Below are positions 24,301 to 35,790 of a stretch of 64,000 bases of DNA, piece by piece. Under the pieces are notes generated by a model. The model worked only from the letters and a program-made list of their open reading frames with translations. It ran no database searches and had not been told where the DNA came from. The translations under genes were made by a program, and so were the position numbers. Each line of letters opens with the position of its first letter. Position 1 is the first letter of the stretch. The stretch is from Zygnema circumcarinatum SAG 698-1b (lineage: Eukaryota; Plantae; Zygnematophyceae), in NCBI GenBank assembly GCA_037447605.1, contig CM074810.1:2824880-2888879 (forward strand). Reading direction: 5' to 3'.

Positions 24301-24486
24301 TCGTAAACCTACGACAGCACCGACCTAGTTCTTGTCTATTCGTACATCTGTCCGTACAGTTCTGCCGCTTCGCCAGCCCTTTTAGCGACTTTTGTCTGCC
24401 GACATTTCGGCCGTACGATCGAACCAGCGGACCCACTATATAAGTGTCCACGTGGCGCGTCGCGATTCGCCGCCGACATTCCTTCG
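21380..24486 (-). mobile_element. B-related LTR (element G) inserted in the RNase H of element E and itself interrupted by element D
   Basis: 21380-21643 and 24072-24480 are the reverse complement of consecutive parts of the B-type LTR (about 3960-4371). The RNase H frame resumes at 21379. Confidence 0.8.
21644..24071 (+). mobile_element. C-related non-autonomous element D: 5' LTR from 21644 (gap), internal end 22368-22536, PPT, 3' LTR 22548-24071
   Basis: TGTTGATG...CCAACA ends and perfect TSD TACAC at 21639-21643 and 24072-24076. The pre-PPT sequence matches the reverse complement of element C 8912-9070. Confidence 0.85.
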
Positions 24487-24496
24487 NNNNNNNNNN

Positions 24497-26028
24497 TCGT
24501 ACACGGAGGAGCTGTAGCGGTTGGACGGCCTCCGGTGCCGTGCTCCCCGAGTTCCTCCCTGCTGTACGGCTACAGCGGGTAGAGGCACATCATTCTGTTC
24601 GAACTGAGAAGGTGATGATTCAGAATGTACGGACGGTTGATCCGGAAGTGGTCGGTCAAGGGACGCAAAAATTTCGCGTAAGGATCTCTCGCGTCGCGCC
24701 ACCGCTTCGTGACTTGGACCCGTCCGTCGGACAGTTGTCGGTGAATCCTGTCTTGTCAGTGAATCAATCTCAACAGTCGGTGCAGCGCCGACCAACGCAT
24801 CTCCATTGTCAAATTCGTCGCGAACTGGTGACGTGACGCCCACTGGCGTATCTCCACCGTTCGTTCCTTCTCGCGCCGCCGAATCTTCGCCGTCCAAATC
24901 ATAAAAGATCTCGAATGTATCTTTTGGCGCGCTCTCTCCACTCGGGTTCACGGAAACCTGATCCGAGTGATCTTCTTGAAACTGGAGGTCTCGGCTCCGC
25001 TCCACTTGCTTCGTTGCCGGATTCCACACTCGATATGTGGGGCTGTCCTCATTGTAACCTATCAAATAACCTGGAGTGGATCGCTTCTCAAACTTTGAGT
25101 TTCTCCTGGCCTTGAGTACGGTCACGTAACACCGGGCGCCCCAGACTCTGAAATACGCCACCGAGGGCTTTCTCCCGCTCCAGACCTCCTCCGGCACCTT
25201 GTCTTGGAGGACTCTCGACGGGCATCTGTTTCTGATATGGGCAGCCGCCATCACGGCCTCACCCCAGAATGATAGGGGAAGTGTAGACTCACTCAACATC
25301 GTCCTTGCCACGTCCCCTAGCGTGCGGTTCACGCGCTCTGCTGCTCCATTACTCTGAGGGGAGTAAGGGGCAGCAAACTGGTGCTTCATACCAGTTTCCT
25401 CGAAGTGGTCCTTGAAGGTCTTCGAGATGTACTCGCCTCCATTGTCAGACCGAAGTATCTTGACCTTGAGGCCGGTCTCCCTCTCCACCTCAAGCTGCCA
25501 CTTCTTGAATGCATCAAAAGCCTCACTTTTGCTCTCTAGCATCCGCACCCAAATCTTCCGAGAAAAGTCATCCAAGAATGTGATGAAGTACCTCGAGCCT
25601 CCATTGCTTGTGGGGGTAATCGGTCCACACAAGTCACTATGGATAAGCTCGAGCTTCTCCTTGGCTCGGCTCTCCTCGGTACTCCGGTGGCTGAAGGGCT
25701 GGCGATGAGCCTTTCCAGCGAGGCAATCTTCGCAGACTCCTTCCTTCGCTCCCTTCATCCGCATCCTGATGCCTCGTACAAGGCGCTTGTTCACGAGCGT
25801 CTTCAGGCTCTGAAAGCCTAAGTGGCCCATTCTCCGGTGCCACAAAGCTGCCGCTGGATTTTCAGAGATCGTGTTCACTTGGATGGTGGGGGGTCTTACT
25901 CCGTTCAGGAGGTAAAGACCGTTTTCTTCTGTTCCCTTCAGAACCACCTTCCCGGTTAGTGTGTCAAACACTTCACACTCCTCTCCATTGAACCACGATA
26001 CATACCCTTTCTTTCCTAGCTGGCTCAC
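24497..26028 (-). CDS. Element E GAG-pre-integrase and integrase core
   Basis: LWHRRMGH, CEDCLAGK, IHSDLCGP, LRSDNGGEY, PQSNGAAERVNRTL, FWGEAV and RVWGARC. Confidence 0.9.
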
Positions 26029-26043
26029 TGAAACAAAGTTATT

Positions 26044-27294
26044 CTAGAGCCCTGGGGTATGGAGGACTTCGCCCATGACGACTATCCTCTTTGTCTCTCC
26101 TTCGTGGGTCTCAAACGCCACGGATCCACCTTGAGTGACCTGCACTCCTTCTCCCGTTGCAGCATAGACGGAACGTGCAGTTCCCAACGTCTTCAGATCT
26201 GCAAAGGAGGATGCTTCCGAGCACATATGCTTGGAAGCTCCCGAGTCAATCAGCCATGGAACAGCGGGTTTCTTGTCACGTACCCTTCCCACGAATTCTA
26301 CCCTCTCAACGGGAGCACGTGGGCCTTCCTTCATCATCAGGACTGTCTCCTTGGCCTCACTACGGCAAACTGCCGACTTGTGGCCTTTCTTACCACACTT
26401 GAAGCATGTTCCACCAAAGGTGGTCTGCTTCTTGCTCGGTTCTCCACTGGGTGCCTCGTCCTTCTTCACGGGTCTTCCCTTGTTCCGAAAGCATTCCGTC
26501 GAGAGATGGCCGGGCTTCCCACAGGTGAAGCATGTGAGGGCCTTCTTGTCTCCCCGGTCACTCTTCCCCTTGTTCCTCCCAGAAGATGCCGACCGTATTA
26601 GAAGGACGTTATCAGGGCCTAGCTTCTCCCTTTCAAACAGCAACTCACATTCTCTGATTCTCCCCTTTACTTGCTCCAACGTCATAGGCAGACAAGTTAG
26701 TTGGGTCCTCAAAGATTCTACTGCATGAGAATATTTGCCTGTTAGTCCTACCAGAAACTGATGAATCTGACTAGGTAAGGGAATGGGCTGCTTCGACACT
26801 ACGCACTTCTGCATAAGGCTATCGAATTTGACCATGTAATTAGTCAGGGTCTCACCCTTCTCCATTTTGAGTGCACCCAATTCAGCATACAGATTAACGG
26901 GCAGCCCCCCCTCTGCAACTTCATACACCGCCTGAAGACTCTTCCACATTTCAGCAGCAGAAGTCAGGTCTACCAGCATGGCTGAAGGTGCATTGCCTAC
27001 GCTCATGGCAATGTAACCTGCGGCTTTGTAGTTCTTCTCTCGCCACAGGTCGTATGCCTTCTTAACCGCCGCCCCCTCAGAGTCGGCCGGAAGAGATGGT
27101 TCTTGGATGGTGCCGTCAACGTACTTGAGCAGTCCCTTGCTCTCAAGCAGATACTTCATCCTCCACCTCCATGTTCTGAAGTCTGTCCCCTCGAAGATCG
27201 GGACCTTGTACCTGGGTTCCTCCTCGGAGGATGCTCTGATACCACTGTTGGAAACTAAAGCCTGGTCTCCCTCTCTCACTGCACTCTCAGACAT
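26044..27294 (-). CDS. Element E Gag plus protease; the ORF starts in the LTR and reads through the PBS
   Basis: MSESAV...SGIRASSEEEPRYKVPIFEGTDFRTWRWRM, two CCHC knuckles and WLIDSGASKHM. A frameshift near 26040 separates it from integrase. Confidence 0.9.
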   Translation of the reverse strand: MSESAVREGDQALVSNSGIRASSEEEPRYKVPIFEGTDFRTWRWRMKYLLESKGLLKYVDGTIQEPSLPADSEGAAVKKAYDLWREKNYKAAGYIAMSVGNAPSAMLVDLTSAAEMWKSLQAVYEVAEGGLPVNLYAELGALKMEKGETLTNYMVKFDSLMQKCVVSKQPIPLPSQIHQFLVGLTGKYSHAVESLRTQLTCLPMTLEQVKGRIRECELLFEREKLGPDNVLLIRSASSGRNKGKSDRGDKKALTCFTCGKPGHLSTECFRNKGRPVKKDEAPSGEPSKKQTTFGGTCFKCGKKGHKSAVCRSEAKETVLMMKEGPRAPVERVEFVGRVRDKKPAVPWLIDSGASKHMCSEASSFADLKTLGTARSVYAATGEGVQVTQGGSVAFETHEGETKRIVVMGEVLHTPGL

Positions 27295-28068
27295 GCTTGT
27301 ATCTCAGCGATCACACCCACCTCCAATGCACACACCGGAAGGAAGGAATGAAAACTGAAAAGAAAAGACACCGAGAAATGAAGTAAGAGGAGAAAGCCCC
27401 ACCGGCTCAAAACTCCTTAAAATAGATAAGAAGGGTTACACACAGAAATTCAGCCCTCAGGCGATTCCTACTGCTCTGCCCTACACTCCTATCTACTGCT
27501 GCCCATACAGCAGGCCTCTACACTCAGCACCACAAGCCGAGATGCAAGGTTCTAAGGGTAACTAGCACTATGCACTAAGCAAACTAAATACTAGCCGCTG
27601 AAGCACCTCCACGTTCCACCGCGTGCCACCGCGTTCCACCTCCATGTCGTCGAGGTCGCTCCGCGCCTTCTGGAGTTCGCTCCGCGCCGCGCGGGAGCTC
27701 AGCTCGAGAGGCCGCCATGGGGAGGGGAGTGTCCGTACCGAAACTCCCCTCCGAAAAGCTCCTCCGTCGCTCCGAAGCTTCCGCGCTCCTTCGCGCCTCC
27801 AATAATCCGTACTAAGCTAACTCATAGCCGCGCGACCTATCGTCGCGCGCCACGTGTCTACACAACACTTATAAAACTAAGCGGACTCCATTGGTGGCGC
27901 GGCCTATCGCCGCCCGTCACGTGTCCTATTCAAACCCGAACGTCTTCCGACTCAGAACAGCGCTCTACCGCACTGTTCAGACTGTGACCGTATCTACCAA
28001 GGACCGCCGACACTAGCTAAGGACCGTAAAGTGTACTACGCTGTCCTATACCCCTATTGTACACTACA

Positions 28069-30660
28069 GAATGTTTGAGGGCAAAACAATCCTAACTCCC
28101 AACAATTTCCAAGGCACTCGCGGGTAAGTAGTGTCCCAACCTGCTTTGTTGCCACTTGAGCGGTTCTCCTTCCAGCAATCCTCTTCTGACCGTTGCTCCC
28201 GCTTTTTCATCCTCCGCGAGTTTGTTGATGTTTATTTGGGCTTTGATAGCGGATATACGACTTTATAAAAGACGGATCTACTCATCTGCTAAGGTCTCCT
28301 TTCGCTGGTTCCTGTCAGGCACATGGCATTGGACTACGCACGAAAGGGGTTGCTCACAGCCAGTGCCGACGTGTACGCCCTCGGCCTCATCATTTTGCAG
28401 CTATTCACGGGCGAATACAAGATAAAGAAAATCCATGACCTCCTCGAGGGCTGTTGGAGAAGGCGACAGCTGTCTTCATGGCGAGGCTGGACCCGCGGGG
28501 AGGGGCGTGGGGGCGCGACCACACAGAGGCAGTTGTCCACGTGGCGCTGCACTGCGTGGAGGAGGACAGGGCGGCTCGCCCGAGTCTTGAAAACGATGTT
28601 GTGCCTCGCTTGCAGAGGGCAGCGGAGAATGCAAAGAAGGAAAATCAACCGGATCCAATGGCGTCGTCCAGTTGCCGTGTATCTAATGCCATTTCCGAGA
28701 AAAATCAGGTAACCATCCCTCTCTCCCTCTCTACCTCCCTCCCTCCGTCACGTATTTCCTCATTTATATCCCACTCCTTTCATCCTTCCTCCTTTCATTT
28801 CCAACTCCTCGTCTCTCGCCCTCCCCCCCTCCCCTCTCCCCCCCTCCCCCCTCCCCTCCCAGCCTCGCCAGTTTCGGTCTATCATTATGAGGGCAATCAA
28901 AGTTGCAGAGAAATGCAATCAGAGCACTCCGTACCGAGTCATGTTTGCTTACAGGATTTCAGCAGACCTTGCAAAAATACAAGCTGACTTGAACACCTTC
29001 CAGGTGTCATTTCTGGTGGTGAGAGAAGCGAAGAGAGGCGGTCAACCACCTTCTCCGAGCCCAAAAACCGATCAACGAACGGAGGATGAAGACGAGGAGG
29101 ACAAAGATGTTCGATGGCTTGGTGAAGAAGCGCTGAAAGATCCTGATGTTGAGGTGCGTTCCGGGGTGGGCTTGGAGAATCGTTGTGATGGCATGTTGTT
29201 TGTTTCCCGGATGGCTTTGAAAGCTTATGCACGCGCAGATTCACCTATCGCTGTGGGTAATTGACTTGTCTGCCAGGATAAAGGCTTTTCGTATGTTGAT
29301 TGAGGAGAGATTTGAAACGTCGCCCAGTGAAGAAATTGTCTTAGAATGCGTAAAGAAATTGTCAGAACCCGAGTCTGTGGACCCTAAGTTTTTGCCTGTA
29401 TCCGTTTACTCAAGCATTTCCGACAATTTTGACTTGTGACTCCCCTCCTTGCCTTGACTCAGGTGGCAACCCTTAAAGACGGTGAGGCAGAATTCTTCTT
29501 AGGTCTGCGCTACGATTTCGGATATGGAGTCCCAAAGGACATTAAAAAGGCCGTTCAGTTTTACATGTGCGCTGCAGAGAATGGCCATCCTGAGGCCCAG
29601 TGCTGTTTAGGTCTGTGCTACGCGAATGGGGATGGAGTCCCCAAGGACATGGAAAAGGCCGTCCAGTTCTATATGCGCGCTGCGGAGAATGGTTATTCTC
29701 TGGCCCAGTACAATTTAGGTGTGAGCTACGAGATAGGGAATGGAGTCCCCAAGGACATGGATAAGGCCGTTCAGTTATATTTGCGCGCTGCAGAGAATGG
29801 TTATTCTCTTGCCCAGTACAATTTAGGTGTGTGCTACGCGCATGGAAATGTAGTCCCGAAGGACATGAAAAAGGCCATTCAGTTTTATATGCGTGCTGCA
29901 GAGAATGGCAATCCTCTAGCCCAGAATAATTTAGGTGTGTGCTACAACAACGGGGATGGAGTCCCCAAGGACATGGAAAAGGCTGTTCAGTTTTATATGC
30001 GCGCTGCAGAGAATGGCAGTCCTGAGGCCCAGTCCAATTTAGGCAAGTGCTACGAGGATGGAAACGGAGTTCCCAAGGACACGGAAACGGAGTTTCCAAG
30101 GACATAGAACAGGCCGTGCAGTTATATGTGAGCGCTGCAAAGAATGGCAGTCCTATGGCGCAGTATAATTTAGGGCGGCTGTACATGACCGGTAGTGGTG
30201 TTACAAAAGACATGAATCGCGCAGTAGAGTTGCTTCAAAAGGCGGCGGATCAAGGAGTTGCAAACGCACAATTGCAGTTGGGCAAGATTTTTGTCGACAG
30301 GAACGAAATCATTCAAAAGGACATGGAACGAGCAGTGAAAATGCTCTCAAAAGCGGCAGACCAATCCCATGTTGAGGCTGCAAATATGTTGAGGATACTA
30401 ACACGGGGGACAGGGTGTAGTGTTCAGTAGTATTGAATGAAGAGGTGGGTAAGTTAGTGAGAGAGACAAGGCTCAAAATGACAGCTCAGGGGTTCAATGT
30501 CGCTCAGTTTAACATGGAAGTATGCTTTTTAAATGAACTAGGCTTAACGAGAAACGTAGGAATGGTGAGAGATGATCTGCAGAGGGCAGGGGGTGAAGGC
30601 CACTTGAAGGCGGAGTCCACTCTGGCGTTGATCGATAACCCCTTTTGGAGAAATGGACTA
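28069..30660 (+). pseudogene. Paralog 1: kinase C-lobe, partial MCAfunc-like helical domain and about 8 Sel1-like repeats; disrupted by the LTR nest, indels and stops
   Basis: Exon MFEGKTILTPNNFQGTRG|gtaagt, then cag|HMALDYARKGLLTASADVYALGLIILQLFTG and VALHCVEEDRAARP...EKNQ|gtaacc (28708). Acceptor at 28862 is in frame with IKVAEKCNQSTPYRVMFAYRISADLAKIQ. Repeats AQYNLGVCYxxGxGVPKDMxKAVQFYMRAAENG span 29480-30400. Confidence 0.85.
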
Positions 30661-31216
30661 TTGTTCCTTTTGAACTCTTCTTTTGTCTACTTCTGTTTTT
30701 GGCACTCCAAACACAGCACGTAATTCACCTCGAGCGGAGTCAGTCTTTCAGTGAATGTGAATGTTCGATGCAAAGCGTGTCTGAGAGGCTTTGGAAGCCT
30801 AAAGCCTAAAGGTTCGGATTGGTAAGATTTTCCTACAAGAAAAGCCGAAGTATAAGATAATAACGACCTAAGATTCCAAGTGCGTAATTATCTGAGTCAA
30901 CATCTGTCCATAACTTTTCGGGCAGCAGTCGATCTCACTCTGCTCCTCCCTTCGAAAAAATAAAGGGGAGTGGCTTTCTATGCTGTCGGCCGTAGTACTT
31001 GAGTTAACGATAGCTACTTTAGGCTCACAAAAGTGGGTCAAAATTTAATATTTAAAGTGCCCAAAATAATTTCCAATGGAATCCCCTTAAGTCACACATA
31101 CCAGAGACAAAAAAGGGAAAGAAGAAAAGGAAAGGGGAATCGGCAAAAGGGGGGGAGAGAAACAAAAAAAAAACGCAACAATGAACCCCTTTACCTTGTT
31201 TAGCTCTCCCTCCCTG

Positions 31217-31280
<64 letters not shown>

Positions 31281-31325
31281 CCTACTTCAGTACGGCGCTC
31301 CTCCACTGCCACCTCCTCCCTCTCT

Positions 31326-32130
31326 TCAGGAAGTCCCACTGATGTTGAATGCCTGCAGCAGGCTCTGTGCAGCCTGTAACTGATCCGCAGTTCCGTTCCG
31401 TTCTGTTCCGTTCCGTTCCGTTCCGTAAGTCCCAACCGTCCGTTCAACTGAACCGTCCTGCACCTCATGGAGCTTCCCTCTCGCCCCCGAAATGTTCCGA
31501 ATTTGTGCGATATTTGCTCCCGCCTTTCCTATGATTGAACCCACTGAAGCTACCGCAACCTGAACATTGATAGTAGAGAGAGAGAGACCCCTCAGACCGG
31601 CGATAGGGAGGAGGAGGCCCTCGGCAGAGGGAGGGGGCCCTCCCGCACTCTCACTATCATGCCAATTCCCTCCCGCTCCCACCTGCCCATATACCGTACA
31701 AGCAGTCTGCGGGAAATTCGGAGTCGAAAAGTAGCTCTCTCCTCCTCCGCCTCCCACTACCACTGCGTTCTGCCTCCCTCCCACTCTCGCTGCTTTGTGT
31801 TCCTCTCTCGGAGGGTTCGCTCGCAGTCATTTTGAGACCTGCTGAAGGGTGATTCTTGCAGCATTTGGACCTCCCATGACCTGCATAACTTCATCGCTTT
31901 CTAGGGGGCATTCAGGAATTGCTCTTTGGGGAGAATGCGGATATTTGCGAGAGAAGTTTTTCTCATTTCTGAGATAATAGAGCCTCCCTTTGCAAGAGGG
32001 CATTCGATTTGGTTCGACGGAACGAAAAAGTTTTCCTGTTCAAGGAGGAGGGATTGGATGCGGTAGAGGGCGGGCTTCTTGGGCAGAGGGGAATTGGAAC
32101 CCCGGAATATGGGAGGGAAGAGAGGAGGAA

Positions 32131-32161
<31 letters not shown>

Positions 32162-32990
32162 AGAGAGATAGGGCGAGAGAGGGAACAAACAGCAAGAGAG
32201 CTGGGTTACTGAGTGCATTCGAAAGAATGAAACTTTGAACTTCCGGCCTGCATTAGCAATTATCACTGCCGCCCTCTTCCCCGCTCTCGTCTACTCCCGC
32301 CCACCCTCTGCCCCTTTCTCCCTCTTTTCTCCCATACCATCCACTTCCCCCATTCCCCCCGTCCCTCCCCCTCCCCAACTTCACCTCCCCCTCCCTCCCC
32401 TCCCCTTCCCCTCCCCTTCCCCTCCCTTCCCCTCTCTCTCTCCCCCCATCCCCTCCCCTTCCCCAGCTTCTCGTCTCCCTCCCTTCCCTCCTCCCCTCCA
32501 CCTTCCCGTCTTCCTGGCTCTCTCCCTCCCTCCCTCCCCCCTCCCTCCCTCACCTCAGTTCCCGAAAGTATAACCACACACTCCTCTCCGTCCGCACAGC
32601 ACCTGCGATTTTGATCCTTGACCAGTCTCCTCCCGCACCTGCTTCATACTCGACCCCCCCTTTCCTATCAGACTCCCGATCTTCCCTCCTTACACAAAAT
32701 ACGGAACACCACTTGGTAGGAGAGAAGAGAGACGAGAGAGAAGAAGGGGCCCAAATGTGCCACGTGTTGCCCCGGGATAGGCTGCCAGGAGGCCACAGGT
32801 GACGTGGCGCTTCCTGGTAGGCTCTGGAAGGTGGGCCCGGCCACATGGGCATGGGGATGGGTGATGGGGAGATGGGGCATGCCGCCATGGGAGGCATCCA
32901 TGGAGGGGAAGAGGGAGGAGGGGGCATGGGGGGGGGCATTAGGGGATGGCCGTTAGGGCGAGCACCACGGCGGCCACCTCGCCACTCACC
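31326..32990 (-). pseudogene. Degenerate KH-domain RNA-binding protein (HEN4/PEPPER/FLK-like)
   Basis: KGGSIISEMRKTSLANIRILPKEQ, DEVMQV...ARITLQQVS and VQVAVASVGSIIGKAGANIAQIRNISGAR...GTADQLQAAQSLLQAF. It has frameshifts, a stop and microsatellite insertions. The upper boundary is uncertain. Confidence 0.75.
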
Positions 32991-33959
32991 TGCCAGAGAG
33001 GGAGAGGGAGGGGGAGAGGAGGGAGGTCAGAGGGAGGGAGAGAGAGGGAGAGGGAGGGAGAGGGAGAGAGAGAGTGGCCGGGGGAGAGAGCGGGGAGAGA
33101 GAGGGAGAGGGAGGGGGAGTGGAGGCAGGTCAGAGGGAGAGAGAGAGTGGGCGCGGGCGGGGGGGGAGGAGAGGGGGAAGAGGAGTGGGGGGGGGTCAAA
33201 GAGAGAGAGAGAGAGAGTGGGGGCCGGGGGAGAGAGCGGGAGAGGGAGAGGGTGAGGGAGGGGGAGTGGGGAAGAGGTCAGAGAGCGACAGGGGGCGAGG
33301 GGGGAGAGGGAGATACAGGCGGAGTGAGGGGGTGAGAGAGAGAGAGAGAGCGCGGGCGAGGGGCAGAGGGGGATGGAGGGGGAGAGACTAGCTCAGAAAG
33401 AGAGCGGGCGGAAGGGAGAGGAGGAGAGGGAGGGAGTGGGGGAGAGGGTAGAAAGAGAGACAGAGTGGGGGGCGCCGGGGGGGGGGGGGGGGAGAGAGAG
33501 AGAGAGAAATGAGAAAAATATGAGAGGTAGGCAGGGAGCGAAGATAAGAAGGGGTGAGTTTTGGTGGGTTTGACTTTATACAAAAGAATCTTCATGTTTT
33601 AGACTTTTAATTTAAAATACTTTATATCAACCTGTAAAGATCTATTCAGTTATCGAATGGGCCCGAGAACAATATTTCAAATACGGTAACGATTATCAAA
33701 TACTAGTGAGTAAAGTAAACATTCATCTTTTCACGTTAGGACGCACTAGTTTTGACGAGCAAGAAAAATATCATATTTTCCGTCAACTTGGGCACTCAAC
33801 AACAAATAATTAAACGAGTATGAGAAAAAAAATAAGATCTTCTTCTCATTATACCCAATAAATATAAGATTAGCTCTCTGCTGACAGCAGAAAAAAATGT
33901 AGGTACACTAGCGAGATTAATTTGGGTAAAAGAAAATAATTTAAAAGAAATCAAAGAAA

Positions 33960-34425
33960 TTTACTTACACGGAGGAGAACGAGTTGAAATAGGAGAAATT
34001 AAAAAGGTTGCAGTAATTGATCTTATTTTTCTTATTGACGAATTTGATAAAACTTCACAGGTTCAACGAGGTGATCCTCTTTATGCTCGTTTTGAATTTG
34101 GAACAAAACAAAAAAGTTGTAGATAATTATTCAGGAGAGGATGTACCTTATAATCTTTCTGAGGTTATGTTTACTTGTACTTCTAGTTATGATTTGCCTT
34201 CGCCTCTTTTAGACCGAATGAAATTATTAATCTTTCTTTTCCTGATACAGAAATTGAAAATTTTTATCTTGCCAGAGATTACCTAGTTCCGGGGGCACAG
34301 CAAAAATATGCTCTAAAAAAAGAAGAAATAGAATTTGAAGATGAAGCTTTGAAAAACATCATTAAGCATTATACAAGAGATGCTAGTGTGCGAGAGTTGG
34401 ACTCTAAAATTCAGTTGATTTTCCA
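33960..34425 (+). pseudogene. lon: Degraded, intronless, AT-rich Lon protease AAA+ fragment
   Basis: Across frames: LIDEFDK (Walker B), QRGDP, PYNLSEVMFTCTS, LPSPLLDRMK (Arg finger), LARDYLVP and FEDEALKNIIKHYTRDASVRELDSKI. Confidence 0.75.
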
Positions 34426-34870
34426 TGAGGGGAGGGAGGACTTGGGGACGCCACCCGGGGGGAGGGAGGGAGGGAGGGAGGGAGGGAGGGAGGGAGGGGA
34501 GGGAGGGAGCAAGGCAGAAGAACGAGAAGAGGATGGAGACGAAGGCGTGGAGAGGGAGAGGGGGGAAATAGAATTAGAGAAGGGGGAGAGATAGTGAGAA
34601 GGAGAGAAAAGGTGAGCGATGAACAAAAGTGAAAGAAAAAGAACACGGAGGGAAGGGAGGGCGAGCGGGAAAGCTCACAGATCTCAGAGCGAAGGGAAAG
34701 AGGAAGGCGGAAGAACGAGCAGAGGGTGGGGACGATGGGGATGGCGTGGAGTGGGAGAGGGTGGAAAGGGAAGTAGAGAAGGGAGGGAGAGAGAGAGAGA
34801 GAAAACGAGAGAGATGGACAGAGGTGGGATAACAGGAGGGAGGAAAGGGAGGGCGGGCAAGGGAACTCAC

Positions 34871-35138
34871 ATATCTCCAAGTCCATGGTCAGCCACGGAG
34901 ATGCCGTCATGGAGCAGCAGTCGAACAGCCCCGTCTGCCATGGAATGCGCGCTGCAGTCAGCGCTCCCCTCTCCTCCTCCTCCCCTTCTCTCCCTTCTCT
35001 CCCTTCTCTCCCTTCTCTCCCTTCTCTCCCTTCTCTCCCTTCTCTCCCTTCTCCAGCTACTCCATCTCTCCCACGTAGGAGCTTCTTGTCCTCCGACTCC
35101 AACAGGGCCATGGCTTCCGAATTCTCTTGCTTCTCCAT
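34871..35138 (-). pseudogene. PLAC8/CNR-like gene copy B, exon 1 only
   Basis: MEKQENSEAMALL...[27 protein letters not shown] then a gtgagt donor. Paralogous to 45380-45600; no downstream exons found. Confidence 0.75.
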
Positions 35139-35649
35139 GACGATTTCTCTTTCTCCATCTCTCTCCCACTCGCTTTTTGACTCTTTCTCTCTCTGTGGCC
35201 TTCTTGCTTGCGGCCTACTACTAAAAGCTACCGAGTGTGTCCATCTTAAACCCGAATCCTGACCTTCAACCCTAGCCCTTGTGACGGAAATGACATTATT
35301 CACACTTAATGCATACACACACAACACATGGTTCCATTGGATCAACACAAAAACACTCTTTATTTACGAGAGGCCTCCTTACAATTCACTTCATCCTTCT
35401 TTCTCTCTTCCTCTATTTCTCTGCTTTTACGCAACACTTCTATTCTACTCACTGTCTACGCTTCCAGAACATTCCTCCTTGAATCCTCCTTCCTGAAGCT
35501 CATACACTTGCGACGCTTCACCTGACACTTTTCTTCCTCCTCCGGCCGCGGTCCCTTCTCATCAGAACAATCTTCGTGCATCATCCGTACACCAACCCGT
35601 ACTGTACATCAGCCCGAACAACGTCCGTACAACCCGCAGGATCATCATA

Positions 35650-35790
35650 TATCACAACTCTAACCCTTACCCCTATGCCCTACATACTATACCCTAAACC
35701 TGAACCCTAACCCTATCCGTTATCCAAAACCTAAACCCTAAACCCTTACCCCTACAACCTGCATCCTAAACCCTTACCCCTACACCCTAT
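35650..35790. repeat. Degenerate telomere-like (CCCTAA/CCCTAAA) tract just 3' of paralog 2
   Basis: aaccctt, ccctaaacc and cctaaaccc units; the equivalent tract is at 45720-45945. Confidence 0.65.

Larger units (their letters stand above)
19247..28068 (-). mobile_element. Ty1/Copia element E: 5' LTR 27246-28068, PBS about 27233-27244, gag-PR-IN, RT lost in gap, RNase H 21058-21379, PPT 21041-21050, 3' LTR 20533-21040 cut by element F
   Basis: LTR sequences at both ends are near-identical, with PBS and PPT present. The RNase H reads IAACHASKEGIWLQNFF...TDNQLSIALIENPIFHKRSKHI...ADMMTKG. It hosts elements G and D. Confidence 0.9.
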
